This document shows, piece after piece, positions 1-9,252 of a stretch of DNA of 53,224 bases. Source of the stretch: Candidatus Eiseniibacteriota bacterium (GTDB lineage Bacteria; Eisenbacteria; RBG-16-71-46); the NCBI GenBank assembly GCA_038231135.1, contig JBBRLX010000031.1, positions 1-53,224 of the forward strand, in the 5' to 3' direction. The notes beneath the pieces were generated by a model. The model did not search any database. It saw nothing but the letters and a program-made list of their open reading frames with translations, and was not told the origin of the DNA. Position numbers and translations under genes: made by a program. Each line of letters opens with the position of its first letter. Positions within the stretch are counted from its first letter, which is position 1.

Positions 1-113
1 AGCTCACCAAAATCCGTCCACCCGCCAAGGACCACCCCTGGCGCAAGCCGTATGACCGCAGCCTCCTGCCCGCAATGGCAGAAGCGGGGGATGACAGAAT
101 CACTGCGGAGTAG
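1..113 (+). CDS. C-terminal fragment of an IS1202/ISNCY-type (IS481-related) DDE transposase, truncated by the window edge
   Basis: The frame starting at base 3 reads LTKIRPPAKDHPWRKPYDRSLLPAMAEAGDDRITAE* with TAG at 111-113. PxxDHPWR is the C-terminal signature I recognise from this transposase group. It is absent from the supplied ORF track because there is no start codon. Confidence 0.65.
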   Translation, partial: LTKIRPPAKDHPWRKPYDRSLLPAMAEAGDDRITAE

Positions 114-140
114 GGGTGACAGAATCACTGCGGTGCTACA
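1..140 (+). mobile_element. Right end of an IS1202/IS481-like insertion sequence
   Basis: Two exact 17-bp direct repeats TGACAGAATCACTGCGG (92-108, 117-133) are followed by TGCTACA, so the element ends in ACA at 138-140 (5'-TGT on the minus strand). This is the TGT...ACA plus repeated transposase-binding-site architecture of IS481/IS1202/Tn7-type ends, directly after a DHPWR transposase tail. Confidence 0.7.
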
Positions 141-894
141 GCCCGGCCGCCGCCCAAGCGCACGCCCAGGCGATCGCCGCCGTTTCCGTCCGCAGCCGCC
201 CGTCGGCCAGTCGCACGGGTTGAAATCGCGCGGCCTCGAGCGCCGCGAATTCGGCGGGACTGAACCCGGGACCCGGCCCCACCGCCGCAACCGACACGCC
301 GGAGTGCTCGAATTCCGGCGGTGGCGGGGCCGCGGCGGCGTCCGGCGACGGCGTCTCCACCGGCACCCGGCGCCACGGTGCTCCGTCGGCGGCGGCGAGC
401 CATCGCGTCCCTGAGTCCGGGAGGTCCGCGAGGACCCGGTCGAGCGCCAGCGGCTCGGCGACCGTCATCTTCCATGTGCGCTGCGACTGCCGCAGCGCCG
501 CAATCGCCAGCCGTTCCCAGCGCGCCACCCGCACCCCCTGCCAGGCACGGCGCGCGCAATCGATCGGCTGGAAGCGCGCCACTCCGAGCTCGGCGAGCTT
601 CTCCACCATCCAGTCGGCGCGGCCCGCATCGGGGGCCCCGCACAGCAGCCACGCCGGGTCGCCGCGCGGCGTGTGCTCGATGGCAATCACGCGCGCCGCA
701 GCCGTGGGCTCGACCCGGTCGAGCTCGAGGGTCGCGCGCAGGCCGTTACCATCGGTGGCGGTGACGCGGTCGCCGGCGCGGGCGCGGCACACGCGGGCGA
801 CGTAGTGGGCCTCGTCGGGCGGCAGCACGATCGTGCCCGGGCCCGGATCGAGATCCGGCAGGTACAGGAACGCGGGCGCGGCGTCAGCCGGCAA
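136..894 (-). CDS. rsmE: 16S rRNA m3U1498 methyltransferase RsmE
   Basis: HYVARVCR, VEKLAELGV, AALRQSQR and LRTETAA motifs. Usual position after dnaJ. TTG start. Confidence 0.88.
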   Translation of the reverse strand: MPADAAPAFLYLPDLDPGPGTIVLPPDEAHYVARVCRARAGDRVTATDGNGLRATLELDRVEPTAAARVIAIEHTPRGDPAWLLCGAPDAGRADWMVEKLAELGVARFQPIDCARRAWQGVRVARWERLAIAALRQSQRTWKMTVAEPLALDRVLADLPDSGTRWLAAADGAPWRRVPVETPSPDAAAAPPPPEFEHSGVSVAAVGPGPGFSPAEFAALEAARFQPVRLADGRLRTETAAIAWACAWAAAGL

Positions 895-2035
895 ACGCGT
901 CCTTCACTCGATCGAACACCGACCGGCCGGGCGCCGGCGGCTTGAACGTGTCCGAGCGCTTCATGTCCTCGAGCACCTTGCGGTCCTGGCCCGACACCTT
1001 CGTAGGCACCCACACCACGACGCGCGCCAGCAGATCACCGGTGCCGCCGCGCAGCTTGGGAACGCCGCGGCCGCGCAGCCGCAGCACCTGGCCGCTCTGG
1101 GTCCCGGCCGGGACCGTGAGCTTCGTGGCACCGCCGACGAGCGACGGCACCTCGACCGCACCGCCGAGCGCCGCGGTCGCGAACGCGATCGGCACGTCGA
1201 GATGCAGGTCGTCGCCGTCGCGCTCGAACACCGGGTGCGGCTTCTCCTCGATCAGCACGATGAGGTCGCCGGCCGGGCCGCCGCGCGGCCCGACGTCGCC
1301 CATGCCGCGCAGCGGGATGAAGTTGCCGTTCGCCACGCCCGCCGGGACCTTGACCGAGATCGTCTCGGATTCCGACACCCGGCCGTCGCCCGCGCACGTC
1401 GCGCACGGCTCTTCGAAGATGTGGCCCCCGCCCGCACACTGCGGACACGTCGCGATGCTGACGAACTGGCCGAGCAGCGACTGCTGCACGCGGCGCACCT
1501 GGCCGCGGCCCTGGCATTGCGGGCAGGTCTTCTCGCCCTTGCCGCCCTTGCCCTGGCAGGTCCCGCACGTCTTCAGGTGCTTCACCTTGATCTTCTTCTC
1601 GACCCCGGTCGCGACCTCCTCGAGCGTCAGCTTGAGGCGCACCTGCAGGTCGCCGCCCTGGCGCACCACGCGGCCGCCGCGGCCACCGCCGCCGAACAGC
1701 TCCTCGAATCCGCCGCCGTCGCCGCCACCGCCGCCGAAATCGCGCATGAACGCGCGCAGCGCGTCCGCCAGGTCGAAGCCGCTGAAATCCACGTTGCCGC
1801 CGCCCGGTCCCGCGGTGGCCGCGTGGCCGAACTGGTCGTAGCGTGTCCGCTTCTGGGTGTCGCGCAGCACCTCGTACGCCTCGGTCGCCTCCTTGAAGCG
1901 CAGCTCCGCGGACTTGTCGCCGGGGTTGTGATCCGGATGATTCTCGAGCGCGAGCTTGCGGTACGCCTTGCGCAGCTCGTCCTCGGTCGCGCCGCGCGCC
2001 ACGCCGAGCACTTCGTAGTAATCGCGCTTCGCCAT
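884..2035 (-). CDS. dnaJ: Molecular chaperone DnaJ
   Basis: J-domain with HPD, G/F-rich linker, four CxxCxGxG repeats, C-terminal domain. Confidence 0.98.
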   Translation of the reverse strand: MAKRDYYEVLGVARGATEDELRKAYRKLALENHPDHNPGDKSAELRFKEATEAYEVLRDTQKRTRYDQFGHAATAGPGGGNVDFSGFDLADALRAFMRDFGGGGGDGGGFEELFGGGGRGGRVVRQGGDLQVRLKLTLEEVATGVEKKIKVKHLKTCGTCQGKGGKGEKTCPQCQGRGQVRRVQQSLLGQFVSIATCPQCAGGGHIFEEPCATCAGDGRVSESETISVKVPAGVANGNFIPLRGMGDVGPRGGPAGDLIVLIEEKPHPVFERDGDDLHLDVPIAFATAALGGAVEVPSLVGGATKLTVPAGTQSGQVLRLRGRGVPKLRGGTGDLLARVVVWVPTKVSGQDRKVLEDMKRSDTFKPPAPGRSVFDRVKDAFAG

Positions 2036-2637
2036 CAGTCGGCCCGCCGGGCCACGATCACGCGCGCGGGGCGCAGCACGCGGTCACCCGCGCGGTAGCC
2101 CTTGCGGACCACCTGCACGACGTGTCCCGGAGTCACGCCCTCCGGAGCGTCGACCTCGAGCAGCGCTTCGTGCATCGCGGGGTCGAACGGCGTGCCGGCG
2201 GCGGCGATCTCGATCGCCCCGTGGCGCGCGAGATGATCGCGCATGCGCTGGGCGACGAACTCCACGCCCGTGGTCCAGCTCTCGGCGGCGCCCGCCTCGC
2301 GCGCGGCGTCGAGCGCGCGCTCGAGATCGTCGAGCTGCTCGATCGTCGCGAGCAGGCCGCGCTCGGTGGCGAACCGGCGCGCCTCCTCGGTGTCGCGCGT
2401 GGCGCGCCGCCGGAAGTTCTGCAGATCGGCCTCGGCCCGCAGCCAGCGCTCTTTGTAGCGGCGCGCGGCCTCGGTGCCCTCGCCCTCGGCCGCGGCCTCG
2501 GCCGCCTCGGGGGTGGCCGCCGGGACGAATCTCTCGGCGGTGAGTTCCTCGGCGGCGGCGGGCGAACCGGCGCCGGGTTCGAGATCGGATGTGCGGGCGC
2601 CGTCGATGGGCTCCCGCCCGGGGGTCGTCACGTCCAT
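2035..2637 (-). CDS. grpE: Nucleotide exchange factor GrpE
   Basis: ADLQNFRRR, FDPAMHEA and GYRAGDRVLRPARVIV motifs. Likely ATG at 2637 with AAGGA upstream. Its stop overlaps the dnaJ start (TGATG). Confidence 0.95.
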   Translation of the reverse strand: MDVTTPGREPIDGARTSDLEPGAGSPAAAEELTAERFVPAATPEAAEAAAEGEGTEAARRYKERWLRAEADLQNFRRRATRDTEEARRFATERGLLATIEQLDDLERALDAAREAGAAESWTTGVEFVAQRMRDHLARHGAIEIAAAGTPFDPAMHEALLEVDAPEGVTPGHVVQVVRKGYRAGDRVLRPARVIVARRAD

Positions 2638-2653
2638 GGCGATGTCCTTTAGT

Positions 2654-3694
2654 TCAGGATTCGAGCAGCTCGGCGACGCGGGCGCCGACGGCATCCACCG
2701 CGGCGAACGCGAGCGCGTAGTTCATGCGCATCGGCCCCAGCACGCCGACGGCGCCGCGCACGCGTCCCGGCAACGGGTAGGTGACGAGGCTGCAGGCGGC
2801 GAGCGCCGCGTCCTCGTCGAGTCCCACGCGCACCCCCACCTGGCCTTCGATGCCGGTGACGAGCAGGCGATCGAGCGGCGAGCCGCCCTCGACCGCGCGC
2901 AGCACCGAGCCGAGCGACCGCGAGAACTCGGGCTGCTCGGCCATGTGCATCGCCCCCGCCAGGAACAGCGGAGTCTCGACGGGTTGCTCCCAGCTGCGCG
3001 CCGCGGCCGCCGACACGATCCGCACGGCGCTGCGGCGCACCAGTTCGGGATCCTGTTCCAGCCGTTCGCGCACCTCGGCCAGCGTGTGACCCACGAGCCG
3101 CTCGCGCAGCACCGCCGCGACCTCTTCCAACTGCCGGCGATCGAGCGCGCTCTCGAGCTCGAGCACCAGCATGCGCAGCGCGGCCGGTCCCAGGTTGAGC
3201 ACCAGCAGCACGCGGCGGTCTCCGAGCGGCGACAGGTCGAGGTCGCCGAGGAGCTCGCCCGACAGCGAGGCCGCGAGCGCCAGGCCCAGCTGGCAGGTGA
3301 GCGACGACAGCAGCCGCGAGGCCTCGTCGAGCAGCGACCGCACGTCGCGCGCGGAATGGGTGAGCGTGCGCTCCACCTCGTCGCGGGCGGCCGGGCCGAG
3401 CGCCGCCGGAGTGATCAGCGTGCGCACGTAGAGATCCCAGCCGCGGGCCGACGGCACGCGTCCCGCCGAGGCATGCGAGCGTTCCAGCAGCCGCAGCGAC
3501 TCGAGCTCCGACAGCTCGGCTCGCACGCTGGCTGAAGACATGGCGATATCTTCCTGCTGCGCCAGAACTTCCGACGCAATGGGACGCGCGGTGGCGGCGT
3601 GCAGCTCGACCAGTGCGGCGAAGATGCGCTTCTGCCGGTCGGACAGATCGGGGTCGTCCGGCGTGAGCCGTCCGGGGAACGTGGTCTGGGACAT
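2654..3694 (-). CDS. hrcA: Heat-inducible transcription repressor HrcA
   Basis: SSASVRAEL, HASAGRVPS and GVLGPMRMNY motifs. Lies upstream of grpE. Confidence 0.95.
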   Translation of the reverse strand: MSQTTFPGRLTPDDPDLSDRQKRIFAALVELHAATARPIASEVLAQQEDIAMSSASVRAELSELESLRLLERSHASAGRVPSARGWDLYVRTLITPAALGPAARDEVERTLTHSARDVRSLLDEASRLLSSLTCQLGLALAASLSGELLGDLDLSPLGDRRVLLVLNLGPAALRMLVLELESALDRRQLEEVAAVLRERLVGHTLAEVRERLEQDPELVRRSAVRIVSAAAARSWEQPVETPLFLAGAMHMAEQPEFSRSLGSVLRAVEGGSPLDRLLVTGIEGQVGVRVGLDEDAALAACSLVTYPLPGRVRGAVGVLGPMRMNYALAFAAVDAVGARVAELLES

Positions 3695-3699
3695 GGCGT

Positions 3700-4953
3700 C
3701 TACGTTAGAAAGGCAGCCGAGGGCATGTCAAACCGCGCGGTCCGCGCCCGCGCCTCGATCCAGGCGAGCACGTCGTCGGCCATGAACCGCAATCCGGCCG
3801 GAATCCGCCAGCCCTGGCTCGTGCGCTCCAGCCGCCGGCCGGCCACCGCGCCCTCGAACGCGTCGCGGTACCGGGTGAGCACGCTCTGCCACGCGGCCCC
3901 GGCATGGTCGTCGCGGTCGAGCCCGGCGCCGAGTCTCAGGCCGAGCATCATGATCTCGGTGGCGTGCCGCTCCCGGTCGTAGGGCTCGCGCTCGGCCTCG
4001 GTCGAGCGGCCGCGCTCGAGCGCCGTGGCCCACCGCGAGAACGCGTAGTGGTTGCCGTAGCGTTCACCATGGACGAAGCCGTGCGCGGACGGGCCCAGCG
4101 CCACGCACGGGCGCACCAGCCAGTAGACCAGGTTGTGGCGTGCCTCGGCGCCCGGGCGCGCGAAGTTCGAGGTCTCGTAGCACGCCAGCCCGGCCGTGGC
4201 GAAGCGGTCCGTGAGGTAGGCGTAGGCGTCGGCCTGCCACTCGGGTGCGGGCAGCGGGTTCGAGCCCGTGAGCGCCGCGTCGCCGAGCGGCGTGCCCGGC
4301 TCCGGGATGAAGCAGTAGGCCGACAGGTGTTCGGGCGCCAGCTCGAGCGCCTGCTCCAGCGTGGCGCGCCAGCGCTCCATCGTGTGGCCGGGGTAGCCGA
4401 ACATCAGATCCAGCGACAGCCGTTCGAAGCCATGGCGCCGGGCCAGCTCGAACGCCCGCGCCGGTCGCGCGCGGTCGTGGATGCGGCCGAGCACCCGCAG
4501 CTCGTCCGCGTCGAAGCTCTGGGCGCCCATCGACAGCCGGTTGACGCCGGCCTCCCGCCACGCGTCGAGCTGCGCCGGGCGCACCGACTCGGGATTCGCC
4601 TCGAGCGTGATCTCGGCATCGGGCGCGATGCGGAACGCCGCGCGGAGCCCCCGCCACAGCGTGCGGAACGCGCGCGGCGACAGCGCCGACGGCGTGCCGC
4701 CGCCGAAGAACACCGAGCTGAACTCGAGCGCCCCGGCATCCGGCGCGCGCCGGGCGATCTCGAGCGTCATCGCGGCCAGGTAGCGCTCGACCGCATGCGA
4801 CGACAGCGCGCCCGTCGAGAAGTCGCAGTACGTGCAGCGCTGGGCGCAGAACGGCACGTGCACGTAGAGCCCGGCCCGGGCACGGCTGCGCGCGGCGGGC
4901 GCCGGCCCTGAGTCCCGGGCGGTCAGCGGATCGGGCGGAAGATGCGGTTCCAT
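3700..4953 (-). CDS. hemW: Radical SAM heme chaperone HemW (HemN-like)
   Basis: YVHVPFCAQRCTYC (CxxxCxxC), FFGGGTPS and HNLVYW motifs. Sits in the lepA-hemW-hrcA context. Likely ATG at 4953; the longer ORF overlaps lepB. Confidence 0.92.
   Translation of the reverse strand: MEPHLPPDPLTARDSGPAPAARSRARAGLYVHVPFCAQRCTYCDFSTGALSSHAVERYLAAMTLEIARRAPDAGALEFSSVFFGGGTPSALSPRAFRTLWRGLRAAFRIAPDAEITLEANPESVRPAQLDAWREAGVNRLSMGAQSFDADELRVLGRIHDRARPARAFELARRHGFERLSLDLMFGYPGHTMERWRATLEQALELAPEHLSAYCFIPEPGTPLGDAALTGSNPLPAPEWQADAYAYLTDRFATAGLACYETSNFARPGAEARHNLVYWLVRPCVALGPSAHGFVHGERYGNHYAFSRWATALERGRSTEAEREPYDRERHATEIMMLGLRLGAGLDRDDHAGAAWQSVLTRYRDAFEGAVAGRRLERTSQGWRIPAGLRFMADDVLAWIEARARTARFDMPSAAFLT
3702..3731 (-). 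promoter_or_regulatory. Putative sigma-70 promoter for hrcA inside the 3' end of hemW
   Basis: Minus strand reads TTGACA (3731-3726), 18 nt, TAACGT (3707-3702), 7 nt, then the ATG of hrcA. Confidence 0.55.
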
Positions 4954-5540
4954 CGTGGCCAGTTCTTGTCGGCGTCCCACGACCAGTAGATGAACATCGC
5001 GTGGCCCTTGACGAGGTCGAGGTCCAGCGGTCCCCAGTAGCGGCCGTCGTTCGAGTTGTCGCGATTGTCGCCCATCATGAACAGCTGCTTCTCGCCCACC
5101 GTGTAGGGGCCGTAGTTGTCCCGGTAGTCGTAGCCGGCCGGCCGGATCGCGGGGTCGGAATGGATCGCATACGGCTCGACCTGCGGCTTGCCGTCGATCG
5201 ACACCACCTTGTTGTGGATCTCGATCGTGCGTCCCTCGGTGCCGATGCAGCGCTTGATGAAATCCTTCGTCGGATCCTGCGGGAACTGGAACACGATCAC
5301 GTCGCCGTGCCGCGGCGCCCTGAGCCCCGGCAGCCGGATGTGCGTGAACGGGATCTTCGGCCCGTACTCGAACTTGTTCACGAACAGGAAGTCGCCGATC
5401 AGCAGCGTGTTCTCCATCGATGCCGACGGAATGCGAAACGCCTGGATCACGAACGCGCGCAGGAACAGCGTGAGCACCAGGGCCCACAGCGCCGCCTCCA
5501 CGTATTCCTTTACGATCGATCTCGCGGACGAAGTTGCCAT
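4923..5540 (-). CDS. lepB: Signal peptidase I
   Basis: IPSASM (catalytic Ser), FIKRC (catalytic Lys) and MGDNRDNSNDGRYWG motifs. Confidence 0.97.
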   Translation of the reverse strand: MATSSARSIVKEYVEAALWALVLTLFLRAFVIQAFRIPSASMENTLLIGDFLFVNKFEYGPKIPFTHIRLPGLRAPRHGDVIVFQFPQDPTKDFIKRCIGTEGRTIEIHNKVVSIDGKPQVEPYAIHSDPAIRPAGYDYRDNYGPYTVGEKQLFMMGDNRDNSNDGRYWGPLDLDLVKGHAMFIYWSWDADKNWPRWNRIFRPIR

Positions 5541-5549
5541 GGATCTCCT

Positions 5550-7358
5550 CTAGCGCTCGACCTTGAGTACCGCCAGGAACGCCTCCTGGGGCACTTCGAC
5601 GGTTCCGATCTGTTTCATACGGCGTTTGCCTTCCTTCTGTTTCTCGAGCAGCTTCCGCTTGCGGGTGATGTCACCACCGTAACATTTCGCGATCACATTC
5701 TTGCGCATCGCCCCGATCGTCTCGCGCGCGATCACCCGCCCCCCGATCGAGGCCTGGATCGCCACCTGGAACATCTGGCGCGGGATCAACTCCTTGAGCT
5801 TGAGGCACAGGTCGCGGCCCCATTCGTACGCCTTGTCGCGATGCACGATCGTCGACAGCGCGTCGACGGAGTCCTCGTTCAGCAGCACGTCCAGTTTGAC
5901 CACGTCGCCCTGCTTGTAGCCGTCGAACTCGTAGTCGAGCGACGCGTAGCCCCGCGACACGGTCTTCAGCCGGTCGTAGAAATCGAGCACGATCTCGGCG
6001 AGCGGCAGGCGGTACGCCACCCGCGCGCGCTTCTCCTCGAGGTAGTCGAGGCTGATGTACATGCCGCGGCGCTCCTGGCACAGCTTCATGATGTTGCCGA
6101 GATACTCGGACGGCGTGAGCACGTGCGCCAGCACGTACGGCTCCTCGATGCTGTCGATGTTCGTGGGCGGCGGCATCTGGCTCGGGTTGTCGACCGTGAC
6201 GACGTCGCCGTTCGTGAGCAGTACGTGGTACTCCACGCTCGGCGTCGTGGCGATCAGGTCGATGCCGTACTCGCGCCGCAGCCGCTCCTGCACGATCTCG
6301 AGGTGCAGCAGCCCGAGGAACCCGCAGCGGAACCCGAATCCCAGCGCGACCGAGCTCTCCGGCTCGTAGATCAGCGCCGCGTCGTTGAGCGTGAGCCGCG
6401 ACAGCGCCTCCTTGAGCTCCTCGTACTGCTCGGATTCGATCGGATAGAGCCCCGAGTACACCATCGACTTCACGTCGCGGAACCCCGGCAAGGGCTCGGT
6501 GTCCTCGACGTTCGCGGGACCCATGGTGTCGCCGACCCGCGCATCCGCCACCGACCGCACACCGGCGACCACGTAGCCCACCTGGCCGGCGTGGATCTCG
6601 TCGCTCGGCTCGAGCTTGAGCCTCAGGTGCCCGACCTCGCTGACCTCGTACTGCTTGCCGGTGGACACGAACCGGATCGCGTCGCCGGCCTTCACGCGGC
6701 CATCCACCACGCGGACCAGCGCGACCACGCCGCGGTACTGGTCGAATTTCGAGTCGAAGATCAGCGCGCGCAGGTCGGCGTCGGGCAGTCCCGTGGGCGG
6801 CGGGATGCGGGCGATCACCTGCTCCAGCAGCTCCTCGACGCCCATGCCGGTCTTGGCGCTGATCCGGCACACCTCCTCGGCGTCGATGCCGGTGACGTGC
6901 TCGATCTCGAGCGCGATGTCGTCGGGCCGCGCCGCGGGCAGGTCGACCTTGTTGATCGCGCCGACGATCGTGAGCCCCTGCTCGCGGGCCAGCAGGTAGT
7001 TGGACAGCGTCTGCGCCTCGATCCCCTGCGACGCGTCCACCACCAGGATCGCGCCCTCGCACGCGGCGAGGCTGCGCGACACCTCGTAGGTGAAGTCGAC
7101 GTGGCCCGGCGTGTCGATCAGGTTGAGCTCGTAGGTCTGGCCGTCGCGCGACCGGTACTCCATCGCGATCGCGTGCGACTTGATCGTGATGCCCTTCTCG
7201 CGCTCGAGATCCATGTCGTCCAGCACCTGCGCCTTCATCTGATGCGGCGTCAGCGTGTGGGTGAGCTCGAGCAGCCGGTCCGCGAGCGTGCTCTTGCCGT
7301 GATCGATGTGCGCGACGATGCAGAAGTTCCTGATGTTGGACAGCCTCGAATCGGTCAA
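5550..7358 (-). CDS. lepA: Translation elongation factor 4 (LepA)
   Basis: [28 protein letters not shown] and [21 protein letters not shown] motifs. Likely TTG start at 7358, overlapping the upstream stop. Confidence 0.98.
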   Translation of the reverse strand: MTDSRLSNIRNFCIVAHIDHGKSTLADRLLELTHTLTPHQMKAQVLDDMDLEREKGITIKSHAIAMEYRSRDGQTYELNLIDTPGHVDFTYEVSRSLAACEGAILVVDASQGIEAQTLSNYLLAREQGLTIVGAINKVDLPAARPDDIALEIEHVTGIDAEEVCRISAKTGMGVEELLEQVIARIPPPTGLPDADLRALIFDSKFDQYRGVVALVRVVDGRVKAGDAIRFVSTGKQYEVSEVGHLRLKLEPSDEIHAGQVGYVVAGVRSVADARVGDTMGPANVEDTEPLPGFRDVKSMVYSGLYPIESEQYEELKEALSRLTLNDAALIYEPESSVALGFGFRCGFLGLLHLEIVQERLRREYGIDLIATTPSVEYHVLLTNGDVVTVDNPSQMPPPTNIDSIEEPYVLAHVLTPSEYLGNIMKLCQERRGMYISLDYLEEKRARVAYRLPLAEIVLDFYDRLKTVSRGYASLDYEFDGYKQGDVVKLDVLLNEDSVDALSTIVHRDKAYEWGRDLCLKLKELIPRQMFQVAIQASIGGRVIARETIGAMRKNVIAKCYGGDITRKRKLLEKQKEGKRRMKQIGTVEVPQEAFLAVLKVER

Positions 7359-7969
7359 AATTTCAGCTCCCAGCCCACGCGGGCCCGCGTGACCGGCGGG
7401 GGTCCGTCGGGCAGCGCTGGGTCCGTCTCGAATTCGACTTTGAAGTTCCTGAAATGCGCATCGACGTACGCGTCGACGAGCGCGTACAGCACCACCACTC
7501 CGAGCAGGTACTCGCGCGTGGTCGTCGCGTCGAGCCGGGAGTTGTAGGCGTTCACCGCCGACTGCTCCGCATCGGTATCGCCGCTCAGCCGGGCCCGGGT
7601 GACATCCCCGGCGAGCCGGTTGAGCGCCCCCTGGTCGCCCACCACTCCCCACACCAGCAACCCTTCGCTCGCGGCCACCAGTCCCGCCTTGAGCCATGCA
7701 CCGTTCGTCGCCTGCCCCCACCCCGGAACCACGAGCGACCGCAACATCACCCAGCGCGGCTGCGGGAGCCGTGCCGCCTTCGCCGCGGCGGCCGCGCCGC
7801 GCCGCGCCCGCGCCCCGTGGCGCGTGCTGTCCGCCGCCGCCCCCGGTTCGGTCGCAGCGTCCGGGACGCCCTGGGGCTCCCCGGTCACGACCGTGTCCGT
7901 GAACGCGACCGCGGGACCCGTCGCCGCGCGCGCGGACCCCGCGAGACCCGTGCCCGCGATGCACGCCAT
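7355..7969 (-). CDS. Membrane protein, DUF5683-like
   Basis: [13 protein letters not shown] and [12 protein letters not shown] motifs with hydrophobic segments. The start is uncertain but must lie below the tRNA-Sec. Confidence 0.7.
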   Translation of the reverse strand: MACIAGTGLAGSARAATGPAVAFTDTVVTGEPQGVPDAATEPGAAADSTRHGARARRGAAAAAKAARLPQPRWVMLRSLVVPGWGQATNGAWLKAGLVAASEGLLVWGVVGDQGALNRLAGDVTRARLSGDTDAEQSAVNAYNSRLDATTTREYLLGVVVLYALVDAYVDAHFRNFKVEFETDPALPDGPPPVTRARVGWELKF

Positions 7970-7984
7970 CAGGATGACGAGGAA

Positions 7985-8082
7985 TGGCGGGAACGCGTGG
8001 GAATCGAACCCACCTCGGACGCTATAAACGCCCGACCGCAGGATTTGAAGTCCCCGGAGTCCACCAGGACCCATTCGTCCCC
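7985..8082 (-). tRNA. selC: tRNA-Sec (anticodon UCA)
   Basis: GGGGACGA-AT-GGGTCC TGGT GGACTC-CGGGGA CTTCAAA TCCTGC-long variable arm-GTGGG TTCGATT CCCAC-GCGTTCCC-G-CCA. It has a 6-bp D-stem with 4-nt loop, G discriminator and encoded CCA, is 98 nt long, and lies beside selD. Confidence 0.92.
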
Positions 8083-8151
8083 GTACGCTTGCCGCGCCCA
8101 CGGTCGCCGCGGCGAACGCCGCGGGCACCGTATGCGGGTCGGAACCATCGA

Positions 8152-9252
8152 TCATGGACCCCGGTGGAGCTCGATGGCAACCCGGCCGCGCCCCACGACC
8201 TCTCCCACCATCGCGGACCACACCCGCCGCCGTTTGAGCGCCGCCAGCAGGCGCGTGGCGCGACGCTGGGGAATCGCGATCAGCAGCCCGCCCGAGGTCT
8301 GCGGATCGAACAGGGCGTCGAGCATCGCGCCGTCGACCGCCCCCGCGTCGACCCGGGGCCCGAAGAACGCGCGATTCTTCGCGAGCCCCCCCGGCGCCGC
8401 CCCGGCCGCCGCCAGCTCGAGCGCGCGCGGCAGGAACCACGCCGCCGCCGGTCGCATGCGGATCGTGACTCCGCTGGCGTCCGCCAGCTGCGAGGCGTGG
8501 CCGAGCAGGCTGAAGCCGGTGACGTCGGTGGCGGCGCGCGCGCCGAACTCGACCGCGGCCTCGGACGCCTGGCGGTTGAGCGTGGTCATCGAGCGCGTCA
8601 GCCGGCGCAGGGTCGGCGCGTCGAGCCGCTGCTGCTTGAGTGCCGTCGCCAGGATCCCGGTGCCGAGCGGCTTCGTGAGCACGAGCTGGTCGCCGGGTCG
8701 GGCGCCGGCATTCGTGAGCAGCTGCCGGCGCTTCACGATGCCGGTGATGCTATAGCCGAACTTGAGCTCCGGATCCCTCACCGAATGCCCGCCGAGAATG
8801 CTGGCGCCGGCTTCACCGATCGCGTCCTGGCCGCCGCGCAGCAGCTCGCGCAGCGCCGCCGGCGGGAAATCGTCGGGCAGGCACAGGATCGACAGCGCGG
8901 TGAGCGGATGACCGCCCATGGCGTACACGTCGGACAGCGCGTTCGTCGCCGCGACGCGGCCGAAGTCATAGGGGTCGTCGAGGATCGGCGTGAAGAAATC
9001 GACGGTCTGCACCCACATCTCATCGCGCCGGTAGGCGAACACCCCCGCGTCGTCGAGCGTGCGATAGTCGACCAGCACGCGCTTGTCGCGGCGCGGGGCG
9101 CCGAGCTCGCCGAGTGCCCGGCGCAGGTCGCCCGGCGCCACCTTGGCGGCGCAGCCGGCGCACGCCGCCAGTGCCGTGAGCCGCAGTTGCGGATCCGCCG
9201 GCGCCAGAGGCTTCCTGCGCCGCGGCGTCGCGGGGGCGCGCGCCGGTGTCAC
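8152..9252 (-). CDS. selD: Selenide, water dikinase (selenophosphate synthetase), Cys form
   Basis: RLTALAACAGCAAK, DDAGV, QTVDFFTPI, NALSDVYAMGG and DPQTSGGLL motifs. Confidence 0.96.
   Translation of the reverse strand: MTPARAPATPRRRKPLAPADPQLRLTALAACAGCAAKVAPGDLRRALGELGAPRRDKRVLVDYRTLDDAGVFAYRRDEMWVQTVDFFTPILDDPYDFGRVAATNALSDVYAMGGHPLTALSILCLPDDFPPAALRELLRGGQDAIGEAGASILGGHSVRDPELKFGYSITGIVKRRQLLTNAGARPGDQLVLTKPLGTGILATALKQQRLDAPTLRRLTRSMTTLNRQASEAAVEFGARAATDVTGFSLLGHASQLADASGVTIRMRPAAAWFLPRALELAAAGAAPGGLAKNRAFFGPRVDAGAVDGAMLDALFDPQTSGGLLIAIPQRRATRLLAALKRRRVWSAMVGEVVGRGRVAIELHRGP

Noticed and set aside
92..133. Two 17-bp direct repeats as a mini-CRISPR or transcription-factor operator
   Set aside because: The spacer is only 8 nt, there are two copies and no cas genes. 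They are better explained as transposase-binding sites of an IS end.
141..180. dif/Xer site next to the IS1202-like end
   Set aside because: The flank is GC-rich rsmE coding sequence with no resemblance to an XerC/XerD site.
7355..8440. 361-aa and 804-aa extended ORFs for the DUF5683-like gene and lepA
   Set aside because: The extensions run through the tRNA-Sec or the neighbouring gene, so shorter starts were chosen.
9141..9180. Selenocysteine (UGA) in SelD
   Set aside because: Both codons in CAGC are TGC. No in-frame UGA/SECIS gene was recognised in the window.
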